Below are positions 63,849 to 64,000 of a DNA stretch of 64,000 nucleotides, one piece after another. A program made the position numbers and the translations under genes. Each line of letters starts with the position of its first letter. Position 1 is the first letter of the stretch. This DNA comes from Phoronis australis. Lineage: Eukaryota > Animalia > Phoronida. The stretch lies in NCBI GenBank assembly GCA_002633005.1, contig NMRA01000312.1, positions 62,001 to 126,000 of the forward strand, given 5' to 3'. Below the pieces are notes generated by a model, which searched no databases, was not told where the DNA came from, and saw only the letters and a list, made by a program, of their open reading frames with translations.

Positions 63849-64000
63849 CATTTTCATTGGCAACTATTGTCACATTCTCCACACTGTGCTGACAATCCAG
63901 CTCTGCATAATTACTGTACGTCTGGTTGTCCGTATCCCACATTACCATAGCCGAGATGTTGAACTTATCAACGCGTTCGTATGTGTGATAAAACCTAGCC
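63849..64000 (-). CDS. PKD1-like exon (PKD repeat; 5' boundary at 63994 or beyond the window)
   Basis: FYHTYERVDKFNISAMV...CQHSVENVTIVANEN, phase-1 donor GTGAG. Confidence 0.8.

Larger units (their letters stand above)
19817..64000 (-). other. polycystin-1 family (PKD1-like) gene span: 34 traced exons, 5' end outside the window
   Basis: Exons splice in frame with GT-AG and matching phases into PKD repeats, REJ, GAIN/GPS, TM1, PLAT, further TMs, TOP and the TRPP-like channel. Orthology to a specific vertebrate paralogue cannot be determined by eye. Confidence 0.92.

Overview
AT-rich, intron-containing animal (invertebrate-type) genomic DNA from a draft assembly, with gaps at 12268-12910 and 25951-26020 and single Ns at 1129 and in the G-run near 47533. 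It holds two convergent genes. The first is a renalase (RNLS)-like FAD oxidoreductase on + with an intronless CDS (15895-16935) and a probable 5'UTR intron. The second is a very large polycystin-1-family (PKD1-like) gene on -. I traced 34 exons by hand from 64000 to the stop at 19817; all have GT-AG ends and compatible phases, giving about 10.35 kb CDS and about 3450 aa, with the 5' end outside the window. Its domains are PKD repeats, REJ, GAIN/GPS, TM1, PLAT and the TRPP-like channel module. Its GPS motif is atypical: the catalytic His is absent and a ~30-aa insert carries a furin-type RVRR site. Introns and the intergenic 1-14 kb hold many mobile-element relics: Penelope-like fragments with minimal hammerhead-ribozyme motifs and inverted ends, a 3.6-kb TTAA-flanked Kolobok-type DNA transposon with THAP and other decayed ORFs, a Helentron/HINE-like element with ~820-bp internal tandem units, several MITE-like hairpins, and minisatellites. 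All family assignments rest on motif recognition by eye; no database searches were run.
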